Shown: positions 25,030-35,930, counted from the first letter of the stretch. The stretch: DNA of 38,094 nt from Fibrobacteria bacterium (GCA_050486505.1 JBJHDK010000017.1:1-38094), one strand, 5' to 3'. Notes: generated from the letters alone by a model not told the origin. Made by a program: numbers and translations.

Positions 25030-25608
25030 CTAGAAACCCGCGCCGCTTCCCGTCCCTTCGAGCAGAGCGAGGGACGATTCTCCGTAGGTCAGCACGCGCG
25101 CCGCGGCTTCCGTCCAGCCCGGAGGGTTGCGCGACGGGAATTGCACGACGGCCAGCCCTCCCTCTTTCAACAGCGGCAGCACGTCGGCGCGCAATCCCGT
25201 GAAATCGAGGCCGAAGGGCGGGTCGGCAAAGACGATGTCGAAGCGCCGCCCCGTGGGTGAGGACGATTCGCGGGCGCAAAAGGCGCGCGCGTCCTCCCGT
25301 TTCCATTCCAGCGCCTGGTCATCGGCGCCGCGCGCGAGCAGGAGCTTGCAATTCGCGTCGAGCGCGCGGAAGGCGGCAGGGTGGTTTTCGATGAGAAGGA
25401 CATTCGCGGCGCCCCGGCTGAGGGCCTCGAGGCCGACGGCGCCGGAACCGGCATACAGGTCGAGGAAGCTGCTGTCCTCGAAGCGGCCGCGCAGCACATT
25501 GAACAGCGCTTGGCGCACCTTTCCCGAGGTCGGCCGGGTCAGGTTCATCCCTGAGGGCGTTTTCAGTCGCGAGCCCTTGAACCGGCCGCCAGTCAGGGTG
25601 AGGGACAT
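25030..25608 (-). CDS. rsmD: 16S rRNA m2G966 methyltransferase
   Basis: GGRFKGSRL, TRPTSGKVRQALFN, LDLYAGSGAVGLEALSRGA, FADPPF, YGES; adjacent to coaD. Confidence 0.93.
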   Translation of the reverse strand: MSLTLTGGRFKGSRLKTPSGMNLTRPTSGKVRQALFNVLRGRFEDSSFLDLYAGSGAVGLEALSRGAANVLLIENHPAAFRALDANCKLLLARGADDQALEWKREDARAFCARESSSPTGRRFDIVFADPPFGLDFTGLRADVLPLLKEGGLAVVQFPSRNPPGWTEAAARVLTYGESSLALLEGTGSGAGF

Positions 25609-25639
25609 GCGGCCGAAAGATAGGACCGGCCCCGCGGTT

Positions 25640-26422
25640 TCAAGGATGCTGCGGGGGGAGGGCGGTGCGGCGCACCCGCGGCGGGGTGATGCTGTTGGTC
25701 CACTGCACCGAGAGAAGGTGGGACGCATAGGTTTCGCGGGGGTTCCATTCCCCATCCACTCCCTGCCGGGACGGGTTGTCCGCGACGATGCGCCCGTAGC
25801 GCAGCGCGACGCCGCTGCGCCAATGTTCGCCAGCCTGCCATTCCTTTGCGGCGCCAACGCTGAAGGCCGGGCCGATCCGCGTCCTGACGCTCGACGTGCG
25901 TGATTTCAGCCCGACGATGCCGGCACCCGCCATCGCCGTGACCGAAACCCCGTGCGGGTGCAAAAGCCATGTCGCGCCGGGTCCCACAGCCATGTCGAGC
26001 ATCAGGTAGGGGCGCATGAAGCCGCTTGCACCCGCGGAGTCGCCCCCGGAAAAACTCCATCCGGGCATCGGCGTGATTCGGGTCGCCGCTCCGAAGGTCA
26101 CGAAGAGCTGGTCCCGAAGATGTGCGGATTTCCCGAGCAGGGGAGATTCCATGGCGATCCATCCGGCTCTCAAATCCAAGGCCAAACCCATCCCGCTGAA
26201 ACGCACGTCGGGACGGTCGGATCCCGGATCCTGCGAAGAGGCGGGCTTCGCGGTCGTGAGCACGGGCGACAATCCGGCTCCGAAGGCGAACAACAAACCG
26301 TCCTCGTGCGGGGTGCCCGCCGCCAGTGCCGGAACGCACGAAAGCAGGAACGCACAAACAGCGACGCCGCCGCCCCCCCGCGCCGGGAGGTCGATCGGGG
26401 AGCGTGCAGGACGACGGTTCAT
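25640..26422 (-). CDS. Hypothetical exported protein, possibly a small outer-membrane beta-barrel
   Basis: Signal-like VAVCAFLLSCVPALA; alternating amphipathic strands (GLALDLRAGW, GVSVTAMAGAG, FSVGAAKEW). Start uncertain. Confidence 0.5.
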   Translation of the reverse strand: MNRRPARSPIDLPARGGGGVAVCAFLLSCVPALAAGTPHEDGLLFAFGAGLSPVLTTAKPASSQDPGSDRPDVRFSGMGLALDLRAGWIAMESPLLGKSAHLRDQLFVTFGAATRITPMPGWSFSGGDSAGASGFMRPYLMLDMAVGPGATWLLHPHGVSVTAMAGAGIVGLKSRTSSVRTRIGPAFSVGAAKEWQAGEHWRSGVALRYGRIVADNPSRQGVDGEWNPRETYASHLLSVQWTNSITPPRVRRTALPPQHP

Positions 26423-26455
26423 CGGGACTATGTGGAGGCGGTCGGGAGGTTCGGC

Positions 26456-27316
26456 TCAACGCGTGTACGCCAAAATGTCGAGAACAGTCACCGTTTCACC
26501 GTCGACGACGTCGAGGGTCACGCGGCGGATCGCGAACGGCGAGGCGCGGTGGCGTTCCATGTTGATGAATTCGCGCAGGGCCTCGTGTTCGCCGCGCAGG
26601 ACGACGCGCAGCGGATGCGCGGTCAGCCACGCGGAAGACGCGGGTTCTCCCGCATCGGGGGTTCCGGGCGCGAGCCCGTGCTCCCGCGCGGACTCGAGGA
26701 ACCTGTCGAGGCTTTCGCGCAGGGAATCACCGTCGAGGACGCGGTTTCCCGCGTCATGAAGAGTGTCCCGGGAGAAGCGGAGCGATCCGGCGAAGAGGAA
26801 GGCGTGGCCCTGTCCGTCTTCCGCGGGATCAGAGTGGCTGAGACGAAGTTCCATTTCGGGGAGGAGCACCAAGGACTCCTGAATGCGGCTCAGAGCCGCA
26901 TCGGAGGGAACGGTCCCCCGAAGCCGGAACTCCCCGGGAGTCAGGAAGACCGCGTGCGTGATGACTCCCCCCGGAGGGGTCAATGCTTCGAGTTCGTACA
27001 GCCATTCGATGGCGTTGGACTGTTGCCCGAACACGACCTGCGAGGCCTCCAGCTCGAGTTTCAGGCGCGCCGGATGGGGCGCGGCGCGGTCGGCACTCGC
27101 GCGAGACAGGAAGCGCTCCAGGGCTTCCGGGTGCATCCAGAGATATGCGCCGCCGGCTCCCAGATATGCGCCGCCGGCGCCCGCGAGCAGAACGAGCAGC
27201 ACCACGACGATGCGCTTCCACGCGCCGGAGGTCGGCGACGTTGTCGCGGGATCGGCGGCATTCCCCGCATCCGGCGTTTCTTCGGGAAGGTTGCGTAACA
27301 GGTTGAGGTGAATCAT
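26456..27316 (-). CDS. PilN-like (possibly PilN/PilO-like two-domain) inner-membrane protein
   Basis: MIHLNLL N-terminal motif of PilN, one TM helix, WLYELEALTPPGGVIT; overlaps the pilM-like stop. Confidence 0.65.
   Translation of the reverse strand: MIHLNLLRNLPEETPDAGNAADPATTSPTSGAWKRIVVVLLVLLAGAGGAYLGAGGAYLWMHPEALERFLSRASADRAAPHPARLKLELEASQVVFGQQSNAIEWLYELEALTPPGGVITHAVFLTPGEFRLRGTVPSDAALSRIQESLVLLPEMELRLSHSDPAEDGQGHAFLFAGSLRFSRDTLHDAGNRVLDGDSLRESLDRFLESAREHGLAPGTPDAGEPASSAWLTAHPLRVVLRGEHEALREFINMERHRASPFAIRRVTLDVVDGETVTVLDILAYTR
27141..27182. repeat. 21-bp tandem duplication encoding GAGGAYL x2
   Basis: AGATATGCGCCGCCGGCTCCC / AGATATGCGCCGCCGGCGCCC, one mismatch. Confidence 0.85.
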
Positions 27317-28251
27317 CGGGGTTCCTCCGTGAGGCGCAGGGCCATGCCGACCACCACGGCGAAGGGCGCGCCGGGGTGCGCGTGGGAAAATTCCGTCGGA
27401 TCGGGCGCGGCAAGGTTGCGGTAGGGGTTGAGCAGCGTGCAGGGCACGGGCGAACGAACCTTCACCAGGTCACGGAAGTCGGGGTCGGAGGTGAGATCGC
27501 CGCAAAGCAGGATCCGGTCCGGATTTCCCTCTCCGCGGGCGCAGGCGTTGAGATCCTCGACGACGGACTGCGCGCGTTGCAGCAGGCTTTCGGCCCGTTC
27601 CTGGGGATCGTCTCCAGCGGGTGCATTCACGTGATGCCGCCGCACGGCGGCACCCGCGAAGTCCCCCCCCTGCGTGCGCACGCAGGTGGTCGCATGGTGG
27701 TCGGCCTTGATGAGGCAGGTGTCGTCGTCCTTGAACTCGGGGTAGTTCGCCGTGAAGGCGTTGATCAACGCGGTCGCGTCGAGGTCCACGGCCTCCAGCG
27801 GCGCGGGGGAGACCGCGGCGGCGGCGGATCGCAACGTCCCGAGTTCAGTGCGGCGGAAGGCGGCCGTCAGCCAGGTTTGCGAACCTTCGGGAGCCTGCCT
27901 CCTCGAGGCTTGCCAGTCGAGGGCGTAAAGATCCACCGGGCGGGCGAGATAGCGGGACATGTCCCAGCGCAGTGCATCGCCGACATCTTCGGTGTCGGCC
28001 GGAAGATCGATGAGTCTGAGAAATCCGTGGCAGAGCGGGACGGAGGCGGTCAGGCGAGCGACCCGGCCTCGGGCGGAGGCGAGAAGCGTGCGCATTTGCG
28101 CTTCGAGGTGCTCCGGATCGCGCCAGTGGCCGGGTGCGAGCGGGAGCATGGAGGCCGATGCCACGCGCCGTTCATCAGGAGACAGTTCCGCGAACCGTAG
28201 CGTGGAGGGGCTCCATTCGAAGGCCCCGACGGTTGATCGCGACGTCTGCAT
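27313..28251 (-). CDS. pilM: PilM-like type IV pilus assembly protein (actin-like fold)
   Basis: LRLIDLP, YALDW, LEAVDLDATALINAF, ILLCGD, LNPY, FAVVVGMALR; precedes a PilN-like gene. Confidence 0.72.
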   Translation of the reverse strand: MQTSRSTVGAFEWSPSTLRFAELSPDERRVASASMLPLAPGHWRDPEHLEAQMRTLLASARGRVARLTASVPLCHGFLRLIDLPADTEDVGDALRWDMSRYLARPVDLYALDWQASRRQAPEGSQTWLTAAFRRTELGTLRSAAAAVSPAPLEAVDLDATALINAFTANYPEFKDDDTCLIKADHHATTCVRTQGGDFAGAAVRRHHVNAPAGDDPQERAESLLQRAQSVVEDLNACARGEGNPDRILLCGDLTSDPDFRDLVKVRSPVPCTLLNPYRNLAAPDPTEFSHAHPGAPFAVVVGMALRLTEEPR

Positions 28252-28293
28252 CGGCGCAATTCTACCAACATTTCCCGGCGATCCCAAAGCGCT

Positions 28294-28965
28294 TCATGGG
28301 GGGGGCTTCCCGGGCCGCGAAGGGTCGGGGGGCGCTTCGCGCGGCTGCCGGGCAGGCCGGGGCTCAACCCTGACGTGCGGGCGCAGGTCTTCGAGCTTCT
28401 TCGGGCCGATGCCGCGCACCTGGAGCAGGTCGTCCACCTGTGCGAAGCGTCCGTGGGTCTCGCGGTGCCGCAGAATCGCCTGCGCGGTTGCGGGGCCGAT
28501 TCCCGGCAGGGTGACCAGGATCGATTGGTCCGCGGTATTGATGTCGATGGGGTCGCGAACCGAAGATCTTGCGGTGACGGGTGCCGATGGGCCGGGGAGC
28601 TTCGTTTCCTCACGGACGTCCGTTGGCGCGGGTGCGGCAGCCCGGTTGCGCGAGCGGTACGCGGCGTCGCAGGGGAACTCCGGGTCGCCCTGTTCTGCGC
28701 GGGCCTGCAACACCCAGGCCCGCAAGGTATCCAGGTCTTCGACCGGGCCGAAGGCCGCTCCTGAACGTTCCCAGGCGTGCAGTGCCGCACCCGTCACGAG
28801 CAACGACGAGAGCACGAGCGCCGCGGCGCGCTCGCTCGCGGTGAGCCGGGGCAGGCGCAGCAGAAGTCTTGAGGGGAATCGCTCCGGAAACTTCACTCTC
28901 GGGAACAAGGGCATGCGGAGGAGCAGACGGCGGCGAAGGCGCAGGGGGCGGGACGGAGTCGGCAT
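28294..28965 (-). CDS. comEA: ComEA-family DNA-binding/uptake protein
   Basis: N-terminal TM; IDINTAD...LPGIGPATAQAILRHRETHGRF...DLLQVRGIGPKKLE helix-hairpin-helix pair. Confidence 0.9.
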   Translation of the reverse strand: MPTPSRPLRLRRRLLLRMPLFPRVKFPERFPSRLLLRLPRLTASERAAALVLSSLLVTGAALHAWERSGAAFGPVEDLDTLRAWVLQARAEQGDPEFPCDAAYRSRNRAAAPAPTDVREETKLPGPSAPVTARSSVRDPIDINTADQSILVTLPGIGPATAQAILRHRETHGRFAQVDDLLQVRGIGPKKLEDLRPHVRVEPRPARQPREAPPDPSRPGKPPP

Positions 28966-28971
28966 CCCGGG

Positions 28972-29014
28972 AATCTACCGCTTTCTCTGCGGCCGCGGCG
29001 TGACAGCAGTCACA
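28972..29014 (-). promoter_or_regulatory. Predicted class II CRP/FNR-type promoter of comEA
   Basis: Minus strand TGTGACTGCTGTCACG (29014-28999), centred 41.5 nt upstream of the ATG; -10 TAGATT at 28977-28972. Confidence 0.6.
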
Positions 29015-29027
29015 CCTTCGTGTCTCG

Positions 29028-29552
29028 TCAGGGGTTCTCGAGGATCCACGCAGCCACGCGCCGCGCGGCTTCGGATCCGGGATCCCTTGCCATCGGGATC
29101 GAGCCGGTGGTGTAAGCGCGCCGTGTGAAGGGCGTTGCGTTCCAGGTCGCGGCTCCGAAGGAGAATGCGCAGGCGCCCGATTCCGCATCCGCTGCGAACC
29201 GCAGGTCATTGACGTACACCAGTCGCGCCGCGCCGCTCGCAGTCACATGCTCGCGCGTTCTTCGGTAGTCGTAAGGGTCCGGTGAAACCCGGTCGAGGCG
29301 CAGCAGCAGCGAACCGAGGGTGGAATCCACGACGGCAATGGCGCCTGCTTCGTGGAGGTGGCGCGTGATCTCCGCGGCGAGCCTTGCCGGGAGCGTCGCA
29401 TCGGGCAGGGATGGCGTGGCGCCGGCCTGTCCGCAGCCGGCCTCGATGGAGACGGCCGGGGCCACCGCGACGAGCAATGTCCCTGCCCGCGCTGCTCCGG
29501 GCAGGGAGAGCGCGATGCAAAGGGTTGACAGGAGAATTCGAATGGCGGGCAT
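29028..29552 (-). CDS. Hypothetical exported protein
   Basis: ATG 29552 with GGAGG SD; signal peptide MPAIRILLSTLCIALSLPGAARA. Confidence 0.6.
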   Translation of the reverse strand: MPAIRILLSTLCIALSLPGAARAGTLLVAVAPAVSIEAGCGQAGATPSLPDATLPARLAAEITRHLHEAGAIAVVDSTLGSLLLRLDRVSPDPYDYRRTREHVTASGAARLVYVNDLRFAADAESGACAFSFGAATWNATPFTRRAYTTGSIPMARDPGSEAARRVAAWILENP

Positions 29553-29648
29553 CAGGCCTCCGAAGCATGGCCCGAACGAGAGAGGCCGGCGTGTGACGGC
29601 GCACACTCCCTTGGGAGGCGCGCGGGACAAGAATACTATATACGCCCC

Positions 29649-31703
<2,055 letters not shown>

Positions 31704-31734
31704 AGTCCGCCCCGTGGCAGATGCGGGCATGACC

Positions 31735-34050
31735 TTATTCGTAGTACCACACGCTACGGTTTTCTGAGGAGTAAAACCGTGAGGTACACTCCGGATTCGC
31801 GCAACTCACTTCACTGCCCCCGATCAACCAAAGCTTGCCGTTGAAGGACAGCGCTTTCATGCGGTCTGTTCCGTTCGTCGAGCGGGAACCGAACGGCGCG
31901 TTGATATCGACCAATCTCCAGTCAGTGCCGTTCGTCGAGGCCCAAACGTCCCTGAGAGGAGTGAGGATGGGTTGTCCTCCGACGGACTGGAGTGCCTCTC
32001 CGCCGATCATCCACATCTCGCCGTCGTGGACACCCATGGAATGATATCCGCGATTGAGGACGGCGGCGGGGGCCGCAACGGACGACCAGTTCGATCCTGC
32101 CTGGCTTTTGAATGCGGCATTCGAAGCGAACATCGTTCCTCCGAAATTCCATGCCACCCCGCCGAACACCCAGAGGTTGTCGTCGAAGTGAATGAACGAG
32201 GTATTCGCCCTCGCGATGCCGATCAAGAGCGGATCGTCCGGGCCCGCCGTTCCCGGGGTTCCCAGGCTCGTGATCTCCCAGGCGCCCCCGTCTTCGCTGG
32301 AGAACATGCTGTTGTTCCAAAACTCATAACTATCGGGGTATCCGCCGAGAAGAATCAACCTGTCTTCCAAGCCGTGAAATGCGAAGTTCGAGGCGGCTCG
32401 CGTCTCGAGTTGAGCCAAGGGGAGGATCATGGGGGTTGCGACGGGGATCCATGTTTCTCCGTCTCCGGATTTGTAGAGTGCGTTTCGACTGTTCGAGCTT
32501 GTGCCGGAATAGCCGGTCAGCCAGAGTGAGTCGCGCAGCACGGCGAGGTGGTGCTCTCCCCAGAGCGACGGGATCGGGGGCCCGGCTTGCCAGGTTGTAC
32601 CGTTCGTCGAAGACCACATGCCGATCTCGCTGTTGAAGGAAGCCCTTCCGATCACCCGGATCGCGTCGTTGAAAACCACGGCATCGAGCACCAAACCAAA
32701 GGGCGCGTCTTGCGTCGCCAGATGCCAGCGCCCCGAGTTGTAGGTGGACGAGAGAGCCGGGGGCAGGGCGGTGGCGGATGCGTTCGCCAGGGGGCCGTTT
32801 TCGCCCCCGACGTGGGCGCGCACACGATAGGTGTAGGCGCGCGGTGTCGCGTCGGTAAAGGGAAACTGGTTGGCCTTGGGTGCCTGCCCGTAGGATTGCG
32901 CGAACACGGTATCGATGAAGAGTGTATCCGCGGAGGTGGCGATGAGCGTTCCCGGTGAGGCGGTTCCGCTGGCCCGGTAGATTTGGAAGGAGCCGGCGTA
33001 CTCCGGGTGCGACTTGCCCCAGCTCAGCGAGACGACGCCGTGCGAGTCGGCCACGGCAGAGAATCCGGTCGGGGCAGGGATGCCTAGGTGCAGTGCCGGG
33101 GGCAGGGCCGTGGCCGTCGCGGAACCGAAGGCGATTCCGATTTCGTCCGTCAGGCTTTGCGCCCGCACGCGGTAGTCGTAGCTGCGGGGCACGGTGTCGG
33201 TGAAGGTGAACCGTCCCGCGACCGGAACAGCGCCGAAGCTTTGCGCGAAGAGCGTGTCCGTGAAAGCGGTGCCGGCGGTGGTGGCGATGATTTCTCCCTG
33301 TGTGAGGGAACCCGCGTTGACACGATAAACCAGGTAGTGTCGGAGCTGGGGGTACCCCGCCGGGTTCCAGCTCAGGTGGATCCGTCCCAGCGAATCAGCG
33401 GTTGCCGTGAGTCCCGTGACGGCGGGAATGTTCGAGTAAAAGGGCGTCAGCGGCTCGGGCAGGGTGTCGTGCATTCCGGAGGTCACGGTGACCGTGCGGA
33501 ACAGCGGCGTATACTCCGGCAGGCTCACCGCCACGCGCAGGCGATGGGTGCCTTGCGGAAGCGTCAGCGTGAACTGGCCGCTCGCCGGCACGTTGAGGTA
33601 GTACTCCGTTCCCAGAACCTGTACCACGGCCGTCTGCGGGGAGTGCTGCGGCTGGAGCTGTACGGTGGCGGTCAAGCTGCCGGCGGCCCGCAACGTGTCC
33701 CCGGGCAGGGAAGCGCCCCCCGCGACCAGAACGGAGTCGCGGAAGGCGAAGGTTCCCCCCGACGAGGCCACGACGTTGTACTGTCCGTCCGGTACGCGAC
33801 GGATGGAGAAGCGTCCCGAGGATCCGGTTTGCGTGGTGAAACGCACGGAGTCCGCGTTTGCATTCTCGCCCGGGGCGAAGTTGACGGGGTACAGCGCGAC
33901 CTGTGCGTTTGCTGCGGGTTCTCCGGTCACGGTGTAGAGGGTTCCCCGCACTTCATTGGGGATTTCGGTGCCGCCGTCTTTCATGCAACCGTAAGGGAGG
34001 GCGAGCACCAGACAGAGCAGGGGCAAGAGCCTGGAAATGGGGTCACGCAT
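31735..34050 (-). CDS. Lipoprotein with carboxypeptidase-regulatory-like domains, two FN3-like repeats and a C-terminal kelch-like propeller
   Basis: ATG 34050 with GGAGG SD; PYGC lipobox followed by GGTEIPN; TGSSGRFSI; repeated LWVFGG/MWMIGG/LWLIGG and WSSTNGTTW. Confidence 0.8.
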   Translation of the reverse strand: MRDPISRLLPLLCLVLALPYGCMKDGGTEIPNEVRGTLYTVTGEPAANAQVALYPVNFAPGENANADSVRFTTQTGSSGRFSIRRVPDGQYNVVASSGGTFAFRDSVLVAGGASLPGDTLRAAGSLTATVQLQPQHSPQTAVVQVLGTEYYLNVPASGQFTLTLPQGTHRLRVAVSLPEYTPLFRTVTVTSGMHDTLPEPLTPFYSNIPAVTGLTATADSLGRIHLSWNPAGYPQLRHYLVYRVNAGSLTQGEIIATTAGTAFTDTLFAQSFGAVPVAGRFTFTDTVPRSYDYRVRAQSLTDEIGIAFGSATATALPPALHLGIPAPTGFSAVADSHGVVSLSWGKSHPEYAGSFQIYRASGTASPGTLIATSADTLFIDTVFAQSYGQAPKANQFPFTDATPRAYTYRVRAHVGGENGPLANASATALPPALSSTYNSGRWHLATQDAPFGLVLDAVVFNDAIRVIGRASFNSEIGMWSSTNGTTWQAGPPIPSLWGEHHLAVLRDSLWLTGYSGTSSNSRNALYKSGDGETWIPVATPMILPLAQLETRAASNFAFHGLEDRLILLGGYPDSYEFWNNSMFSSEDGGAWEITSLGTPGTAGPDDPLLIGIARANTSFIHFDDNLWVFGGVAWNFGGTMFASNAAFKSQAGSNWSSVAAPAAVLNRGYHSMGVHDGEMWMIGGEALQSVGGQPILTPLRDVWASTNGTDWRLVDINAPFGSRSTNGTDRMKALSFNGKLWLIGGSEVSCANPECTSRFYSSENRSVWYYE

Positions 34051-34918
34051 GGGAATCCTCCACGGGTTGGCTGAGAGGGAACACCTGGAACAGGCATTGG
34101 TAAACACGGTTTTTTTCGGCATCGCGTGCCGATAGCGCCAGCAGGCGACGGCGCAGTGCGGCGATTTCCTCGCCCGCCTGTTTGAGGCCTTCGGGTGACA
34201 GCGCGAGTGTGAGGCCCGAGAGGTCCCGCGCGTCCTTGCCGTGCTTCTGCATCGCGGGAAGGGCGAGTTCGGTATAGGCCTTGAGGATTTTTCCCCAGTG
34301 CGATGTCTTGCCGGGGCGCTTCACCAGCGTGGGCGCAGGTTCAGGTGCGGCAGGATTCAAGAGGCCGAGACGCGCGAGCAGCTGCACGGCGTCGCGCGCC
34401 TGGCGCGGCGTGATGGGAGGGTCAAGTTGCGCGGCCAGGGCCGTGTAGTCATCCTTGGAGCCCTTGAGCCCCTCGAGGCCTGTCAGCAGCAACAGTTCCC
34501 GCAGGGCGGGGAGGTACCATCGCTCGAAGTACTTGAAGCGGTCCTCCTCCAAGTGCTCCTGCACGATGCCCTTGAACCCGAGCCAGCGTTCGTAGGCGGA
34601 GTTCCGCTCCTCGGGAGTGGCGGCGCCCTCCATGTCCACGAAGATGCGCAGCAGTTCCTTCTCGCGCGCATCCAGCTTGAGCGCCGAGGACAGGGGTGCG
34701 ATGTGGCGGGGCTTGAGACGTTGGCGGCCGGCGAGCACGTCGGCGAACCATCCCGCCGATCGCACGCCCACCCTGAGGTTGATGTAGCGGTGCGACACCT
34801 TCGGGTCCACGGCCTTGAGGGCGCGGTGGCGCTCCGCCAGAAAGGCGCGGTAGTCAAGGAAGTCGTGCGTCGAGGCGACGGCCTTGAGGTCTTCTTTTGG
34901 ATGTGTCTCACGTTTCAT
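34043..34918 (-). CDS. TIGR02147-family protein (N-terminal HTH-like region, DUF4423-like C-terminus)
   Basis: FLDYRAFL, GWFADVLAGRQRL, YFERWYLPALRELL, LDPPITPRQARDAVQLLARLGLL, RDLSGLTL, VYQCLFQVFPLS. Confidence 0.85.
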   Translation of the reverse strand: MKRETHPKEDLKAVASTHDFLDYRAFLAERHRALKAVDPKVSHRYINLRVGVRSAGWFADVLAGRQRLKPRHIAPLSSALKLDAREKELLRIFVDMEGAATPEERNSAYERWLGFKGIVQEHLEEDRFKYFERWYLPALRELLLLTGLEGLKGSKDDYTALAAQLDPPITPRQARDAVQLLARLGLLNPAAPEPAPTLVKRPGKTSHWGKILKAYTELALPAMQKHGKDARDLSGLTLALSPEGLKQAGEEIAALRRRLLALSARDAEKNRVYQCLFQVFPLSQPVEDSHA

Positions 34919-34974
34919 GTCCCCAAGTTATTTCGCGTCGTGACGTTTGGTACGAGGAATGTGAGGTGTTCTGG

Positions 34975-35000
34975 AAAAACCGCTCTTTATTTCAGAGCGG
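34975..35000 (-). terminator. Possible Rho-independent terminator on the minus strand
   Basis: Minus strand CCGCTCT-GAAATAA-AGAGCGG-TTTTT. Confidence 0.5.
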
Positions 35001-35276
35001 ATTCAAGCTCTCGTCCTTATGGGTATTTCGGAGTTCTAAGGGCTGTTCGCGATACGGCCGCATTCGCACCGTTCCTGGAGGCGGTATCCGGGCCCTGTGA
35101 CGGTTGTCACGGGCGGTCGAATCCGGATGGCTGGTTTTCGGGTGATTTCGGGGTTGCCCCGTATCGGGGGAGTGATCCCTGTCACGACGCGGAATTTCCG
35201 GAGAGGGTATTCATGATGCATGCCATCATCCCTCCCGCATGCCGCCACGAAACGTCCCTCTCGCCACTTGCCGAAA

Positions 35277-35294
35277 CTTACCAAAAGAGGTAAG
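35277..35294. promoter_or_regulatory. Putative antitoxin operator, CTTACC-N6-GGTAAG
   Basis: Perfect 6-bp inverted repeat immediately before the RelE-like start, overlapping its GAGGT SD and a TTGCCG-N17-TAAGCT motif. Confidence 0.5.
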
Positions 35295-35296
35295 CT

Positions 35297-35563
35297 GTGA
35301 ATTACAGGGTCAAAGTCAGGAAACGTGCTTTGAAAAAGATCCGATCGCTGCCCGTTGCGATTCAGGAAGTATTCGATGAACTTCAGGCCGATTTGCAAAG
35401 GAGCGGGCCGTGGCAACCAGATTGGCCGAACTACAGCAAGCTGGGTCCGGATACGTTCCACTGTCATTTGAACTACAGTCACGTCGCTTGTTGGACACAT
35501 GACAAAGACACCATCATCATCGAGGTCTATTATGTTGGTTCACGCCAAGGCGCCCCGTATTAA
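35297..35563 (+). CDS. RelE/ParE-superfamily toxin (toxin-first, HigB-like arrangement)
   Basis: 88 aa, YRVKVRKRALKKIRSLP N-terminus, WPNYSKL...HCHL...IEVYYVGSR; overlaps a downstream HTH gene. Confidence 0.72.
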   Translation: MNYRVKVRKRALKKIRSLPVAIQEVFDELQADLQRSGPWQPDWPNYSKLGPDTFHCHLNYSHVACWTHDKDTIIIEVYYVGSRQGAPY

Positions 35564-35900
35564 CGTCCGGCTCTCGGGAACGGGAGTCTCCCGGTTGGTG
35601 GACGCCGTGCGTTCAGTTTATCCGGAGATTCGTGTCGTCGAGGACGAAGGTGATGACGACGAACTTGTCGATATCACGACGACGGACTGGTACAAGAAGA
35701 TGCGCGCGAATCATCACCCGGGTATGACGATCCGGGTGTATCGCACCAACCGCGGATGGACCCTGGCGGAGCTTTCCGAAAAAACGGGGATTGCCGAGTC
35801 GCACTTGTCGGCGATGGAGAACCGCAAGCGCGGCGTGGGCAAGCTTTCGGCGATGCGGCTCGGCAAGGCGCTGGGGAAGGATTACCGGAGGTTTTTGTAG
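35532..35900 (+). CDS. XRE-family HTH antitoxin (HigA-like)
   Basis: PGMTIRVYRTNRGWTLAELSEKTGIAESHLSAMENRKR; ATG 35532 has GAGGT SD. Confidence 0.8.
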   Translation: MLVHAKAPRINVRLSGTGVSRLVDAVRSVYPEIRVVEDEGDDDELVDITTTDWYKKMRANHHPGMTIRVYRTNRGWTLAELSEKTGIAESHLSAMENRKRGVGKLSAMRLGKALGKDYRRFL

Positions 35901-35930
35901 GGGCGGCTTTAAGGTGACTCTGTGAGCGGC

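Noticed and set aside
29028..29552. LptE assignment for the exported protein upstream of comEA
   Set aside because: Only a vague pattern resemblance and no clear lipobox; left as hypothetical.
29590..29607. GTGTG-N6-CACAC palindrome between priA and the divergent gene as another CRP-like site
   Set aside because: Deviates from GTGA-N6-TCAC and lacks the 29.5-nt spacing to the nearby priA -10 box.
34931..35290. tRNA or att site at the island border
   Set aside because: No cloverleaf, T-loop consensus, CCA end or direct repeat was found by eye.
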